The notes under the pieces: generated by a model
Database searches by the model: none
Told to the model about the DNA's origin: nothing
The model's input: the letters and a program-made list of their open reading frames with translations, nothing else
Part shown: positions 62,714-64,000 of the stretch, one piece after another
Position numbering within the stretch: the stretch's first letter is position 1
Layout of the letters: each line of letters opens with the position of its first letter
Program-made: the position numbers and the translations under genes
From: Trichosphaerium sp. ATCC 40318
Lineage: Eukaryota; Protista; Tubulinea
Length of the DNA stretch: 64,000 nt
Reading direction: 5' to 3'
Assembly: GCA_038496445.1 (NCBI GenBank)
Contig: JALMLS010000253.1
Coordinates: 62,001 to 126,000, forward strand

Positions 62714-64000
62714 TTAGCACTGGCTATTTCCTATGATTGTAATGATAGTTACAAGAGGGAATCCAGAATCACCTGATCCATTTTGTTGACTGAAAGGTGT
62801 TGATACAATAGTAAGATCCACTTCATCGTTTTGAGAGTCACAAATAGGATTAGCGTCCAAAGGCAAAGATATACTCGCAGGCACATTAACATTTCTATTG
62901 TATCAAACGTCAGAGTGAGCAAAAACCATTAAAATGAATCGAATCGTGGACTTACACTGAAATTGGTGATCCTGCTCCGCTTATGTCAAACTTAACTGAT
63001 CCAACTGGACCTACTACAGATGCTTCGATAGTTATACTTGCTGTTTGAACAGCAGTAACGTTGATAATATTCCCATTGAATAATGCTTCTTTCAAAACAG
63101 TTGTTCCACTTAACAATTTGATACTTGGTACTGTAGAGCAAGAAGCATCTCCAGAAACTGGTGCAGAAAAAGCATCATCTGGTACAGAACCATCCGTATT
63201 CCGCCTGATAATCTCGGCCATTGTAACTTGACGTACTTCCTCAAGTTCCTCTAGAGAAAAGGTTGTTAGATTATCAAACCGCTATAGGGTCTTCTGTAAC
63301 TTGGTTTCGTACGTTGAGTAAGACCAGGCTCATTTACACCTGGTAGATTGCCAAAAGAAGGTAGTCCCTCATACCAGAACCTATCGCCATCTCTAGCACG
63401 TCTGAACTGATCAAGAAGAATTCTTGATGATGTACGACCAAGTACTGATCCTATTTCTCTCTTTTCAGCCATCGAAGCAAACCATGGATCCAAAGCAGAA
63501 AGTTTCTTGTATATCTTTAAAAAGTAGTAAGTACGGCATGCTTCAATCGTCTCATTCATCGATGCGTACCTCTCTTGTGTTTGTGGCTAAGTTTGGTACG
63601 TCAGGGAATTGATCAAGCCATGATTCGAAACAAGCAAGATCGTCAATTTCTGACTGAGGAGTGGAATTACAAGTATCATATAAACTCTTTGTCCCAGGAA
63701 CCAATGGATTCCAGCTCTTGAATACAGTTTCGAAATCTGGTACACCATTATCACGTGCACGTGCCATGTTCAAAGATACAACATCTGAAATAATCATTAG
63801 TAGAGCAAGACGGTGTTGAAGCGGCGTAAAAAACTGTAACGTGTTGCGTACCAATGCCGGTATTTGATTCTGTTGGAATGTTGAAGTTTCGTAAAATATC
63901 TGAGACCATGTGATCAACTTCCTCTATTGGTGTGTACAAGATAGCACGTGCAATATTATCTAAAGTGCCACCAGCACAAGCCTTTCAAACAAACAGTGAA
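62714..64000 (-). CDS. Animal-type heme peroxidase (peroxidase-cyclooxygenase superfamily), 3' part, with C-terminal beta-sandwich
   Basis: DVVSLNMARARDNGVP, LDPWFASMAE, DQFRRARDGDRFWYE and VTMAEIIRRNT. The 5' end lies outside the window. Confidence 0.9.

Noticed and set aside
62714-62770. Frameshift at the peroxidase C-terminus
   Set aside because: Re-reading gives an open frame GSGDSGFPLVTIITIIGNSQC*.

Overview
AT-rich, gene-dense, intron-rich eukaryotic (protist) DNA. An amoebozoan origin is inferred from gene content and is not proven. Introns are short (about 40-250 nt) GT-AG introns, often with GTACG(T/C) donors, so the ORF track shows only exon fragments. I assembled gene models by hand across splice junctions. 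About 22 genes or pseudogenes are present: calmodulin/myosin-light-chain-like, F-box-eRF1-like, SRPBCC with PTS1, GH13 alpha-amylase, surface proteins, kinase-pseudophosphatase, WD40, OGFOD2/ICU11-like dioxygenase, RibD-C reductase, U2A', ankyrin protein, pRiA4b ORF3-like, F-box-like MORN, GCP6, cupin, VPS52, ZNFX1-like helicase, AlkB pseudogene and heme peroxidase. Three items stand out. (1) An F-box fused to eRF1 M and C domains that lack both the stop-codon-reading N domain and the catalytic GGQ motif, a candidate SCF adaptor mimicking a release factor. (2) A ZNFX1-like SF1 RNA helicase ending in a PARP-type ADP-ribosyltransferase domain, a candidate RNA sensor-effector defence protein. (3) A roughly 2-kb region (24.7-26.6 kb) with no credible protein-coding gene, packed with nested stems whose G-U pairs point to a large plus-strand structured RNA. 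Also noted: an inverted pair of GPI-anchored surface genes with homogenised promoters, several prokaryote-like domains, and strong CACGTG enrichment. Family assignments come from recalled motifs; no searches were run.
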